Source: Octopus vulgaris
Lineage: Eukaryota
Reading direction: 5' to 3'
Length of the DNA stretch: 64,000 nucleotides
Assembly: GCA_951406725.2 (NCBI GenBank)
Contig: OX597833.1
Span: 44,950,001-45,014,000 of the forward strand
The notes under the pieces are model-generated. The model did no database searches, was not told the origin of the DNA, and saw only the letters and a list, made by a program, of their open reading frames with translations. The position numbers and the translations under genes are program-made. This document shows positions 15,021 to 26,735 of this stretch, piece by piece (the first letter of the stretch is position 1; the number at the start of each line of letters is the position of its first letter).

Positions 15021-15404
15021 ATCCACACACACACACTGATATATACATATGTTTTTTAAATGCAGTACTCTCATTTTTAAACTCGGACCACAAGAATGAG
15101 TAGTAAGATAGCGGAAGTAAAGGGAAATAATTTAACAATGAGCTATCCTCAACTATCTTTCGTAGTACACGGTGATAGTCAAGCAACTAGAATATTTGTG
15201 TGTATGCGACAGTGTGCAACGCATTTATAAAACATTTAATTTGAGATTTTAAAATAACATCAAAATGATGTATCCATCCCTTGCTACACACACATATGAC
15301 TATCATCTAAGCCTATCATCGGTGGAACCTTTTCCTTATAAAAATTAATTTTATGTTCTTCTTAAATGTAGTGAGTGCACTGTCAGTTAACGTTTGATTT
15401 CTTT

Positions 15405-15815
15405 GCGAGCTGGCAGAACCGTTAGCACGTCGGGCGAAATGCTTAGCGGTATTTCGGCTGCCGTTACTTTCTGAGTTCAAATTCCGCCGAGGTCGACTTT
15501 GCCTTTCATCCTTTCGGGGTCGATAAATTAAGTACCAGTTACGCACTGGAGTCGATGTGATCGACTTAATACCTATGTCTGTCCTTGTCTGTCCCTTCTA
15601 TGTTTAGCCCCTTGTAGGTAATAAAGAAATAGGTATTTCGGCTGCCGTTACGTTCTGAGTTCAAATTCCGCCAAGGTCGACTTTGCCTTTCATCCTTTCG
15701 GGGTCGATAAATTACGTACCAGTTAAGCACTGGGGTCGATGTAACCGACTTAAGCCCTTCGTCTGTCCTTGTTTGTCCCCTCTGTGTTTAGCCCCTTGTG
15801 GGCAATAAAGAAATA
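15405..15815 (+). mobile_element. SINE family 2 with tandemly duplicated body
   Basis: GGTATTTCGGCTGCCGTTAC..GAGTTCAAATTCCGCC..AATAAAGAAATA occurs twice in tandem. Confidence 0.88.
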
Positions 15816-16392
15816 AATATATGATTATACATATAAACACACACAAATATAAGCTGAAAAGTGTCACGAAATAAAGCAAGTGTGAAGTTGATTAAATCGA
15901 CCCTCGTTTTTGATTAATGGTCATATAACTGGCCTCAGAAGGATGAAAAGTATATCAGGCCTGAAAGGGATTTGAATTCGGAATACGAAGGACACGCAAT
16001 AATCTCGCCAACTTAAACTTTAGATACACACATATACACACAATAAATATTAATGTCTTCTGCACAAGTCAAGCCCAAATTTTTTAAGGTACGATTATTG
16101 TTAATTAAATCGTTAGCATTATATACACTGGTACTTAACTTTCGCTTCAGAGCAGATGAAAAAGAAGTCAACCCTGATGATTTTTTTTTAACTCAACACC
16201 TAGTGAGAAAGAATACGGAATACGATGTCACGTAGCACTGAGTTCCGTACCCGACTGCTCAAACACCTCCATCTTGCAAATGACATGTTTTAAATGAATC
16301 AAAACGATCGAGAAGATGACAACATATGATTTTAGATCAGGTTTCCGCAAGGCCAAATTCTAGAGAGTACAATGTATTCATATTGTATTTAC

Positions 16393-16462
16393 CGGGTAAT
16401 ACAGTGCCAATGGCTTCTCCCAAAACCACATATGAGTCGGTATCTTCGTCCGAGTCCGCCAT
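16393..16462 (-). CDS. GPATCH1: GPATCH1 coding exon 1 (MADSDEDTDSYVVLGEAIGTVLP)
   Basis: ATG at 16462, acidic N-terminus like the GPATCH1 start, GTAAAT donor at 16392; phase 1 joins exon 2 (G+AT = Asp). Confidence 0.88.
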
Positions 16463-16707
16463 GCTTTCGAACAGCAACAAAAACACGCCGCAGTCAGCAG
16501 TGAATGCTATCTGCATCTTCAATTGGCAGAAAATTCGTCTGGAAGCAGCCGCTGCATTACAAATTAAAGGTGCTTTCAACATTAGGTTATTTTCTTCTCG
16601 GTAACTGTAATAATTATTATAGTATAGTTGTCCTTTCAAAAAATATTTGGATCTTTTCGGTTTGAACGGCAGTTTTTTTTAAATAATTTCCACGTAACTA
16701 AACCCGG

Positions 16708-17639
16708 CAAAACAATTAGAAGCATTGGAAAAAAAAAAAGCAAAACAACCTTAAGGACAGTCAAACATTTTTTTTTTTTTTCCAAAGTAGACCATTACCG
16801 GCGATAATTCACTTGTGTTTACTTTGAATAACTACGGCAAACTTCGTTAACCATTCAGCTATGCTCGTTCTCTTTCACCTGGAATTTAACCCCTGACCAA
16901 CCCTAAATTATTAGACATTTTGGTCGTGGCCATCCCGCTTTGTTGTAAATCCAATACTGCATTGTTCAGTTTGACTTTAAAAAAAAATTCGGCTGCTATT
17001 TCTAACAGCTCGGTGGAAGATATCTCTTGACCGAAGTTGTACAAGGTCTGTATTTGCGCCTTGTTTTCAGTTTCTCCAAAGAGCCAACTGAACTCTCGTC
17101 TTTAACTTCAGCTGAACAGTTCCCAGTCCCAAGACTGCCCTGGTCGTGCAGACCCGATCAAAGGAGTTTATTTTTAACCAGACGTAAAGTAACCCTTTAC
17201 TTCATAGAAATGCTGTATTTCTACGTGGGGGAAATTTGGTTACTATAAGTTTACATTGAAGAGACTTGGTCGTTGACAGGAGCCTCATAAGTTAACACAG
17301 TGAACCATTTCATACGAGGCAATTAGTGTTATCTTCGTCTGTGATCTGTCACTGTACTACCCTTCCTCTATCTGCCTGGCAACTAAATTCTGACCCCACG
17401 TTGTTGGCTTGTCACCAGTAACCGATTTTCCTGTTGAAGCCTACAGTAAAATTACCTTGTTGGGGAGGGGTTAAGCCAATTTTTTAAAACTTTTTTTTGA
17501 ATTTTCATGCTGCAGTTTGCCGTAGCTATTCAAAGTAAACACAAGTGAATTGTCGCCTGTAGTGGTCTACTTTGAAAAAAAAATGTTTGACTGTCCTTAA
17601 GGTTGTTTTGCTTTTTTTTCAATGCTTCTAATTGCTTTG
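16708..17639. repeat. Inverted repeat (arms 16708-16843 and 17514-17639) just upstream of GPATCH1
   Basis: CCTTAAGGACAGTCAAACATTT..TTCACTTGTGTTTACTTTGAATA.CTACGGCAAACT is mirrored; probably the remnant of a foldback DNA transposon. Confidence 0.88.
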
Positions 17640-18329
17640 TAACGAAAAAAAAAACGCAATTCTCTTTAAAATAATATACACCGTATATCGTTGAAAAATA
17701 TTTCCTAAGCTTCAGTAGGGGCTCGCTATTAACTTAGTTTTTGCAGTGTTGCGCCAATCAGCTCATTTGCATACGCAAGTCGCTGTAGGATCAACTACCT
17801 ACGACTGGCTAGCGCGGATGCGCGCACCGGGTCCAGTCTACGCGACTAGTACCAAACAATAATATGCCTAAATCGGTCTAGAGTGGGATATGAGGGTACG
17901 CGTGGAGTGTGGGTCGTATTGTAAAAATTTGCGAAATATTTTTTCATAAAAGGATGCCCCAGCTAGTCGGAGGCTGTGATATAAATTGGGGAAAAAATCC
18001 TCGACACCAGTGCGTAATTGGTAATTAATTTATCGACCACGAAACGATGAAACATTGATCCCCCAGACAAAAGTATTAAGTCGATTCTATCGACACTAGT
18101 GCGAACTCACGAACGTGTATATATGCTTGTGTGTGTATGTATATCTCCGTTTCTATGTGGGTACGCTTATATATTAATTATTATGTGCTTGTGCAAATGT
18201 ATATGCATGTGTTTGAGAGAGAGAGAAAGTGACAGAGTGTGTGTGTGCAAGTGTACGTGTGTATGTATCTGAATATATGTGTGTGTGTGTGTATGCGGCG
18301 TGCGTCTCCTCGTTTGTTTATCAATATCG

Positions 18330-18715
18330 ATAACGCAGCAAATGATTTGAGCTCAAATGCTGGCAATTCATTGGTTAAAATTCGAAGAATTAAACTACGT
18401 TAAACTTACAAATTACAATTTCCTCAAAAAAGCCTAATGAAAATAATGTTTTCTTTTGACACATTCTACCAGTATACGAAGTTTCAAATTGTTTAGTTAA
18501 CTAAAAATTCCGTCCATCAAAAGGAAAAGATCCCGCATTTTTATGTTATTGAAATTGCCAAAATTGAAGAAAATATCTTACAAACTATAGAATTTTCTCA
18601 ATAAAGCCAAGAGAAAAGGATGTTTTATAAACATATTCTACCAGTATACGAAGTTTAAAATTTTTTAGTTATCTAGAAATTATGTTAAAAACTGCCGTTC
18701 AAACCGAAAAGATCC
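18330..18715. mobile_element. Two stacked right ends of GGATC-terminal MITEs
   Basis: Ends ..AAGGAAAAGATCC (~18533) and ..GTTCAAACCGAAAAGATCC (18715) match the termini of the elements at 23333-24073 and 22106-22512. Confidence 0.8.
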
Positions 18716-19371
18716 AGATGAATTTCAAAGACGGATTGAGCGTGAAAAATTACTGAATTCTTTGGGAAAAAGGCCGTGAAAAGTGACGTTCTTTGTTCGG
18801 CAATTTCCGTAAAACTTTTTTGCGCGCGTGTGTATGTATATTTATGTATATAAGTATATGTATGTGTTTATGTGCATGTATGCGTTTCACACATGCACAT
18901 AAACACATACATATACAAAAAATTACATAAACATAAGCGGTTCAGCGGAAAAATAAATATTTACGAAAATTCCGAACAAATAGTTTCACTTTTAAGAACG
19001 CGGAAGTGTTGCCAGCATTTACCTGAATATATCTAATTGGAAGGATTCACTTAAATGTAAATTTTCTAAATATCTGTCAGCAAAAGAAAGATCCGCGATA
19101 ACTTGTGTGATAGGCGGACACAGCTTGAGAGAAAGACAAAACGAATTAGAGATTAAAAAGAAAAGATAATGCAATAAACTAGGTCGTTAAGATAATCTCT
19201 GTTGGAGACGGCAGTTATATTTATACTGAGAGGTAATGTTTATCGCCATTTAAATGTGAGTGCCCTTTGAACAGACGATACTGCGCTTTGCACTCTATAT
19301 TGCAAACAGAGATCGAACTATCTACTACTCTGGCTCGGAGATTCTTACACCGGTGACATAACAACAAAATT

Positions 19372-19387
19372 ATGGGTGACGTTATTG
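19372..19387 (+). CDS. Putative first coding exon of the ankyrin-repeat gene (MGDVI-G)
   Basis: ATT ATG G Kozak context, in-frame TGA upstream (19354), GTAAGG donor at 19388; phase 1 matches the exon at 24909. No homology support. Confidence 0.45.
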
Positions 19388-19499
19388 GTAAGGTGTTAAT
19401 TTTCTTAATTTAAACTTTTTATGTAGCAATGGAATTATATGGTTAGTGTTTTTGGGTGGGCTTTCTGCTAGTATATGTAATACTGGTTTTATATATGTA

Positions 19500-21445
19500 C
19501 GAGGGGCGTTCAATAAGTAATGCCCCTGACCCACTTCCCATAGCAGTAGAGCAACGAAACTTGGCACAGTTATTAGTCTTTTTCTACATAGGAACCACCC
19601 AGAGTTACACATTTCTCCCATTGTTTGATGCAGCTCTGGAGACCGTTTTTGTAGAAGACCCCAGCTTGGTCCTCCAACCTGAACGTGACTTCAGAAATCA
19701 AGGCTGCATCATCTGGGAAACGCTTTCCTTTCAAAAACAACTTCGTGACTGGGAAGAGGTGAAAATCAGAGGGTGCAAGGTCAGGAAAGTAGGGGGATGG
19801 GGGAGGAGTTCATAGCCATACGCCTGTGCTTCTGATCTGGCGACAAGCGAGTTGTGGACCGGAGCGTTGTCTTGCAGGAGGAGGATGCCTTTGCTGATCT
19901 TGCCCCGCCTCTTGATTTTGATAACTTCTCTTAATTTCCTCAAAAGTGAAGCATGATAGGCTCCTGCAATTGTGGTACCCTTTGCCAAGAAATCTGTCAT
20001 CACTACTCCGTCCTGGTCCCAGAAGACTGTGTAACGAACTTCGTGTGATGCGCACTGGAGGGGAGCCTGTAGTGATATTATAACGGTGCGCGCTCGCGCA
20101 CCGACCATTTGGATTTCGCGCGTGTTAGTGCCTTCACCAAGGCACAGAAAGGAAGGGCCCTCTCGCGCATGCGCGAACCACCGGTAGCACGACCCTATTG
20201 CCTACGTAGCAGTTAGCGAGGCAAGGGGGTCGTAGAACGTTTGACCGCTAGCGTCCAGCAAGCGGTGACTTGGGACCCAGCGATTGACGGCGACGGTCAC
20301 GCATATATTCTCTCCGTCAGGATTAGATTCTAGCAGTCCTTACCAAAGGGCTTTAACCAAAATTGTTGCAGACCAACATCGTCTCCATTGTTCGACGCCA
20401 TCTTGAATCCTTTCTGTTTTTGGGCTGGAGATTGTAAATATTACAATCTATTAACTTTCAGCCTTGCGCGCCCGAATCAAGGACATCAGATAACCCACTT
20501 ATTGTTATTGTTTACCAAGAAAGAGAATAAAGTAGTTATATGTATATTTCACGTCTGCGTCCTGTTTGTTTCTGACTAGTAGAGATTCTGGATTATTAAG
20601 TAACGGCTAGTGAGTGATTGCTTTGTGCACCCCAAAAGTGCACGAAGATATTCACACCTCACATCAAGTTCGTTTCAACTGTGAGCATGACCTTGCCAGC
20701 GGAGGGCTGCACCCTTGCCTTCTTTGGAGGAGGGGAGTCACGGTGCTTCCACTGCATTGACTGGGCTTTGGTCTCTGGATCATCGTGATGGACCCAGGTT
20801 TTATCCTGTGTAATCAGTCTTTTGAAAAATTTTGACTCATCTTCTTGGCACATCTCCAAATTCACCCTCGAGCACTCGACGCGTTCTTGCTTCTGGAAAG
20901 GCGTGAGCAACCTGGGAATCCATCTGGCAGACACCTTTTGCATATGCAAATGGTCATGAATGATAGTTTCCACAGACCCGGTACTAATCTTGACCTCATG
21001 GGCTATTTGGCGAATAATTATGCGTCGATCTTCCAAAATGGCAGCCTCAACTTGACGGACAGATGCCTCATCAATGGCAGAAGGGACGACCAGATCTGGG
21101 AGCTGTTTCCACAGAGTTCCGACCATGTTTGAATTCACGATGCCAGCGTTTTACAAGGTCATATGATGGGGCATCATCACCATAAGTTACTTTCATTTCA
21201 TGAAAAGTCTCCCGTGGTGTGCGTCCTTTCAAATACAAAAACCGGATCACTACTCGACACTCAACAGGCTCCATTTCACACTTGACTCGGTTCAAACACC
21301 TGTAAATCAGAAACCACAATTAATTCAGAGCTGTAATTTGCCACTTACTTTATAGAGATATAAATGATTGCACATGCAAAATTTCAGCTAGATCAAACAA
21401 ACAACTGCAAGTGGGTCAGAGGCATTACTTATTAAACGTCCCTCG
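19500..21445 (-). mobile_element. Mariner transposon, full length but frameshifted and interrupted
   Basis: TA TSD; TIRs CGAGGGGCGTTCAATAAGTAATGCCCCTGACCCACTT / AAGTGGGTCAGAGGCATTACTTATTAAACGTCCCTCG; transposase 21274 to 19573 with RSGRP, WIPRLL, ITQDKTW, GKVMLTVFWD and LLQDNAPVH. Confidence 0.96.
20030..20677. mobile_element. Solo LTR (648 bp) inserted in the mariner transposase
   Basis: TG...CA ends with short IR TGTAACGAACTT/AAGTTCGTTTCA, 4-bp TSD ACTG (20026-29, 20678-81), AATAAA near 20527; removing it restores MLTVFW. Confidence 0.85.
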
Positions 21446-22019
21446 TATGTTGATTCGCTAGCCTCTGCACGCATTTTTTTCTCTCCTTGTTTCTTTCTGT
21501 GTTTCTTTTCTGTGTATCCATAGGGATGTGAGGGACCATAGATAAAATCAGTTTTGGCTCTAAAACCGCCTTTAAAAAGTGCTAAAAGTATATGATCAGT
21601 CTTTTTAAGATCTTTAGAACCCCAAAACGGTGGACATGGTGGGCCGTCACCCCGTCCATTTTTTTTTTTTTTTGCAGAAACCCACATCGCCGGGTCAGCG
21701 CTCCTTTAGAAACGCACCGCTCCAAGAAAATAAAATGCAATTTTAAAAAAAGCTTTTAAAATGGAAAATATGTACAAAATAAATGATGTAAGCAAAAAAA
21801 TTAGAAAGATTCATCCATTTTTAAATATTTTATACTAAAAAATAAAACAGGAACGGGAAACGGGCTCTGGTGAATACAAACACGTCGGACGATACAAGGG
21901 GCGGTAATTTACTTTTACCAATCAGGTATTATTAATGATACGAGGGACCCGACTATATCGTCTGCAAATTGTAAGAAGGCCGTTTCACAACCTGTCTCTT
22001 GAAATTCAATTTAGATTTC

Positions 22020-22705
22020 GACCGACAGATTTGAAAAATAATTTTTTGTAACTAAACACTTTCAAACTTCGGACACTGGTAAAATGTGTCATATAAAACA
22101 TCTTTGGATCTTTTCGGTTTGAACGGTAGTTTATTAAAATAATTTCAACGTAACGAAACACTTTTAAACTTCATACACTTGTAGAATGTGTTTATAAAAC
22201 ATCTTTTTCTCTTGGCTTTACTGAGAAAATTTTATAGTTTGTAAGATATTTGTTGTTGTTTTTTTCTTCAATTTCTGCAATTTCAACAAATCAATGACGT
22301 CTATTGAGGTGAAAACATTCTGTGCTATATGAATATGTTCCTCGTTTAAGAAACAGATAGGGTTTATTTACATTTCTGAAGAAAAAAAAGATACCCTTCC
22401 CCCCACCCCTAAAACAGATTAAAATGCAATAGATCGATACTAGGGTCATAATTATGGGTGACAATTTCATATGACACCGCTAGAAAAACTGCTGTTCAAA
22501 CCGAAAAGATCCACATCTTTTTTTCTTAGCATTTTAGAGAACAACTTATATTTACGAAGTTATTTCACGTTAAAGTTGTCCTATTTCGGCAATTTCAACC
22601 AATCAATGACGTGTATTCAGCTGAATAAAATTACTGCTGTTGATTGTCAACAACAACTATCGGCGGTGTATTTTTCTTTGTCACATTTATGACATCGTTC
22701 GTGCA
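22020..22705 (+). mobile_element. Older GGATC-family MITE fragment hosting a nested copy
   Basis: After removing 22106-22520 it is collinear with the reverse complement of 47920-48190. Confidence 0.8.
22106..22512. mobile_element. Merlin-like MITE
   Basis: TIRs GGATCTTTTCGGTTTGAAC / GTTCAAACCGAAAAGATCC; 8-bp TSD ACATCTTT. The superfamily is inferred from the GG termini and TSD length. Confidence 0.88.
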
Positions 22706-22982
22706 TTGTAGAAAGGAAAAATAGCAGGAACACGAATCTCCGAACAAATAACAATAATAATTTATTTTCGCCGAAATAAGCATTTCATCTCTGGATATCG
22801 GTAGCCTAGGCGCCTGGGGTGGAAACAGCAGAGTCGGTTTAAATCACAATTGTTGAAAGCATTCTTCACAGCTCACCAAGTCTATTTGCCTTCACAAAGA
22901 GCTTGTCTGGTCACATCTGTTTCTCTCGACAGCAGGAAGCAAAAATAAAGAATAGTGGTAAAAGCTAGCTACTGCTGATTAC

Positions 22983-23100
22983 TGCGCATGTGCATAAGGG
23001 ACTTCCGGCTGGCCTTCCGGAAGACACTAATCCTTTCACATGCACTGATGAACATCCCAAAATGGCGCCTGAAACCTGGCGTCACTACAAGGCTCCCCCT
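22983..23100. promoter_or_regulatory. Cluster of housekeeping-promoter-like motifs
   Basis: NRF1-like TGCGCATGTGCA (22983-94), ETS-like ACTTCCGG (23001) and CTTCCGGAAG (23014), YY1-like CAAAATGGCG (23058). Motif match only. Confidence 0.35.
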
Positions 23101-23176
23101 TGAGTGCGGAGCACGAGAATATAAAGATTGTAATGGCACCAGAAACAACATGGCTACCGATCACCCACAAGATGTG

Positions 23177-24213
23177 TGTACTACTTAAGAAGAGTGGTCC
23201 CGGTGTGTGCACTTGTGTACTCGCCATCCGCGCTAACTAGTCGTGACTAGTCGATCCCTACAACGACTATGTAGCAAAGTAAATAAAACACAAAATAAAT
23301 AATTTTTTTACACAAAGTAAATAAAACACAAAGGATCTTTTCCTTTCGAACGGCAGTTTGTAACATAATTTCTAGGTAACTAAAAAGTTTTAAACTGGTA
23401 GAATGTGTTTATAAAACATCATTTTCTCTTGGTATTATTGAGAAAATTCTATAGTTTGTAAGATATTTCATCTGAAAATCCGAGCATTTCAGCAATTTTA
23501 ACCAATCGATTACCTCCATTGAACTAAAATCATTTGCTGCGTCTAAAACTGAGACAACATCCTGTCACTAACCCTAACTTTTTGTTTCTTAATTGTTAAA
23601 TTAATTTAATTGTTACGCGTGTAAAAAAAAACGAAAGCAGTGGAAAATAATTTAAACAATTAACAAACAAAATAATTCTATAATTTTATACACGCGCTTT
23701 CTGTATGTATACGGAAAGCGTGTGTATAAAATTATAGAATTATTTTGTTTGTTAATTGTTTAAATTATTTTCCATTGCTTTTGTTTTTTTTTACACGTGT
23801 AACAATTAAGAAAAAAAAACAGTTAGAGTTAGGTTGAGGGTTAGTGACAGGATGTTGTCTCAGTTTTAGACGCAGCAAATGATTTTAGCTCAAAAGAGAG
23901 CATAGGATTGATTAAAATTTGAAAAATTAAACTATGTTAAACAAACAAATTACAATTTTCTCAAGAAAGCCAAGAGAAAAAAAATGTTTTATTTTGACTC
24001 ATTCTACCAGTATACGAAGTTTTAAAGTGTTTAGTTAACTAGAAATTGTCTGCTGTTCAAAAGGAATAGATCCAACACAAAAACACAAAGTAAATAATTT
24101 TTTTAAACAAAATAAATGAAACACAAAGTAAGGATCGACTAGTCACGACTAGCTAGCGCAGATGTGTGAGTATGCGAGTGCACACACCGGGACCACTCTT
24201 CTTAAGTAGTACC
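23177..24213. mobile_element. Foldback MITE with long TIRs and 9-bp TSD (Merlin/MULE-like)
   Basis: GTACTACTTAAGAAGAGTGGTCCCGGTGTGTGCAC.. mirrored at the right end; TSD CAAGATGTG (23168-76, 24214-22). Confidence 0.9.
23333..24073. mobile_element. Merlin-like foldback MITE nested in 23177-24213
   Basis: GGATC..GATCC termini, 8-bp TSD AACACAAA; interior ~23530-23885 is a near-perfect hairpin centred near 23706. Confidence 0.9.
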
Positions 24214-24908
24214 CAAGATGTGGCACAAAATATGATAACTCAAAAAGAAATGTAATTACAATATAAATGAGCATGCACAAAAAAAATTTTTTTGTTCCAA
24301 AATGTTCAATAACAAAATATTGATTTGTCCAGTACACATGAGAACGGTATCGAAATTGATCAAGAATGTAGTTGTTTATTACTATTTCCATCACCTTTGA
24401 GAAACTGGAATTAGTGATAGTTGTTGATAAATTTGTTGTCGTTATGTATCCATAGGTAGGTCCTCTTCAAACAGATCTACAGCATGAAGGCAGTCAGTTG
24501 ATTGAATAACTTATGCTCTTTAGATCCATAGCTCAAAATATACTATGTCCAAACCTAGCTGATTTATAATTCACAGATCCACAGCTCAAGACATACAATG
24601 TCTCCATTGCTCTGATCAGCAATACTGAGTATTCCACCATGCAAGAGTTAATTGTAACCAGGCCGACTGTAGAAAGCAGAGTAACTCACCTAACTTACAG
24701 GCAAAATACTTTGGTTAATTGTTTTTTTTAGTATTAAGAAGAATATCCAACTACAAATAAGAGCTGCTTTAGAAAGTCTGAAGTTTTCAATGTTTATGTA
24801 GTTTCATGTTAGGACAATGTAAAAACTATTACAGTTTTTACATATTGTTGTTGAGCTCATTTTATCAGTTTCTTTCAACTCTTTATTTTTGTTTCTTTCT
24901 CTTACCAG

Positions 24909-25015
24909 GTCGGGATATTGATGGTAATACTTATACTCAGTATGATATTTTATATGAGCTTATTCAGGGTGATAGTAGATGGATTAAACAATGTTTTACA
25001 CAAAATCCACGTTTG
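24909..25015 (+). CDS. Ankyrin-repeat gene exon (G-RDIDGNTYTQYDILYELIQGDSRWIKQCFTQNPRL)
   Basis: Long polypyrimidine tract plus CAG, GTAAGC donor; phase 1 to 0, in frame with the exon at 26578. Confidence 0.75.
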
Positions 25016-25499
25016 GTAAGCTGCTCCTTTATTGTTTTCCCCTAATGCATCTATTTATTATTTTATTTTTATGATCAGGTTCACTTCCACCACATGGAAC
25101 ATTGGGCAATTGTCTTTTTGCTATAGCCCTAGAGCAATCAAATCCTTGTGAGTGGATTTGGTAGACAGAAACTGAAAGACACCCATCCCAATATGTATGT
25201 GTGTTTGTGGTTTGTATGCATATATGTGTGCATGTTTGTATCTGGACAACAGTTGTAAACAAATAGTTGTTAGTGAATCTTACCATATTTGAAGCAGTGT
25301 CCTTCATTCCCTATCTTTCATCTTTTGACATCTATTGTCCATGCTGACATGGGTTCTTCTTTATAGCCCTATACAGCTATCAGGAAACTTGCCACCAAAC
25401 ATGGGCATTTTGAACACAGAGTGGTGCTTTCTGTCTAGTGGACTTACAAAGGGATAATTCCCTACGAGTTCCAGATGGCCAAACCATTGTTACTAACCT

Positions 25500-25712
25500 A
25501 TACTCCAAACAGCTGGAGCAGATGTATGCCATTGTATGATAGAAATACCTAGCATTGGTTAAACGACAGTGAGCTTTCCTGCAACAAGACAATGCAGGAC
25601 CTCACACCACTTGAACAAGCTAGAATAAATTCTAGGAATTAGAGGGAATTGAACTGATTCCACATCCAGCTTACAGTTTGGACCCAGCTCCCTCAGATTT
25701 ATTACATTTTTT
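25500..25712 (+). mobile_element. Decayed mariner transposase fragment
   Basis: FLQQDNAGPH ... ELIPHPAYSLDPAPSDYYIF with in-frame stops. Confidence 0.8.
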
Positions 25713-26111
25713 GCTATCCTGAAAGTGCATTCTGCCATCCTAAATATCTCCTTAGGCAAAGCTATGCTGGACAAATGAATTGTGGCTCTTGTCTATAATT
25801 TCAGCTAACAAACTAATTGCTGATACATGCTGATATCTACCAAGTGATAATAAATCACATTATGCACAGTGAAGAACAAGAAACAGAATGATAAGACATA
25901 TATTCATTCTTAATACATTCTGGCCGATTCCAGTTTCAATATAGTAATCACAGTTGTATTTCATTGTTGAAGAACTCACTGCAAATGAGTGTGTGTTCAT
26001 AACAAAAAAAATTAAATTGTAACTAAATTGTCTGCTTGAATTGTACTATCCTACTTACATTGATTTTAAGAGAAGCTATGAATACTCATTACTTATCAGT
26101 TTCCCAATTAA

Positions 26112-26330
26112 CCCTTTCATTACTGTATTTATTTTAAGATGCTCTGTTTCTTTCAATTGATTTTAGATATAACAAATAATTTAGCAAAATAACTTAGTTG
26201 TCATTAAGCTATTGTTAGGAACATAAATTGTGACTAAGGTTTGGTGGAAGATTTTAATTCAAACTTATGAAAACAAGACATTTGTACTCCAGAGTCAGAG
26301 GTGGTTTCAGTCGGGTTGGTAATGAAAGGG
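26112..26330. mobile_element. piggyBac-like MITE, inverted relative to 3502-3722
   Basis: TTAA-CCCTTTCATTAC ... GTAATGAAAGGG-TTAA. Confidence 0.9.
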
Positions 26331-26577
26331 TTAAATAAATAGCTTCACTAACTTTTTTGAAAGATCAGGTCATTATGAAGTTATAATTTTCACAAGTTCA
26401 GCTGCTTCATTTTCTATAAAGAAGCTTTCCCCGACTCTCTTTCTCTTTGTTGTATACCTTCCCTTTGCATCTAATTTATCTCCTACTGTTCTGATCTTTC
26501 TTTTAATATTTTTCCTCATTATCTCACACCCTCTCATATTTAGCAATTTTGACATGCTTTCACTTTAATCTCTGCAG

Positions 26578-26735
26578 ATTCTTCGAAACAGTGTATGTGG
26601 TCTAAGTTACCTGTCTATTGCTTGTCGGCTGGGTGACATAGCTACAGTGAAATTGCTGATAGAAAACAATGATCAATGCAATGTAAATGCATCTGATAAA
26701 AAAGGCTTTACACCGTTACATTATGCTGTGCTTGG
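26578..26735 (+). CDS. Ankyrin-repeat gene exon (ILRNSVCGLSYLSIACRLGDIATVKLLIENNDQCNVNASDKKGFTPLHYAVL-G)
   Basis: TCTGCAG acceptor, GTAAGT donor, ankyrin consensus GxTPLHxA; phase 0 to 2. Confidence 0.92.

Noticed and set aside
16649-18715. Matching GGATC TIRs suggesting one 2-kb transposon
   Set aside because: The flanks (AAATATTT and AGATGAAT) are not a TSD and no transposase is recognisable; probably ends of separate copies.
23045-23085. CTGATGA...GAAAC...GTC hammerhead-like spacing
   Set aside because: Stems I and II cannot pair convincingly.
24577-24713. Candidate extra exon upstream of 24909
   Set aside because: 137 nt would shift the frame between phase-1 neighbours; the frame compatible with the next exon contains a TGA and no ATG; weak donor.
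24909-25015. Alternative frame giving a hydrophobic TM-like peptide (VGILMVILILSMIFYMSLF)
   Set aside because: Splicing to 26578 would create an immediate TGA; the other frame is continuous with the ankyrin repeats.
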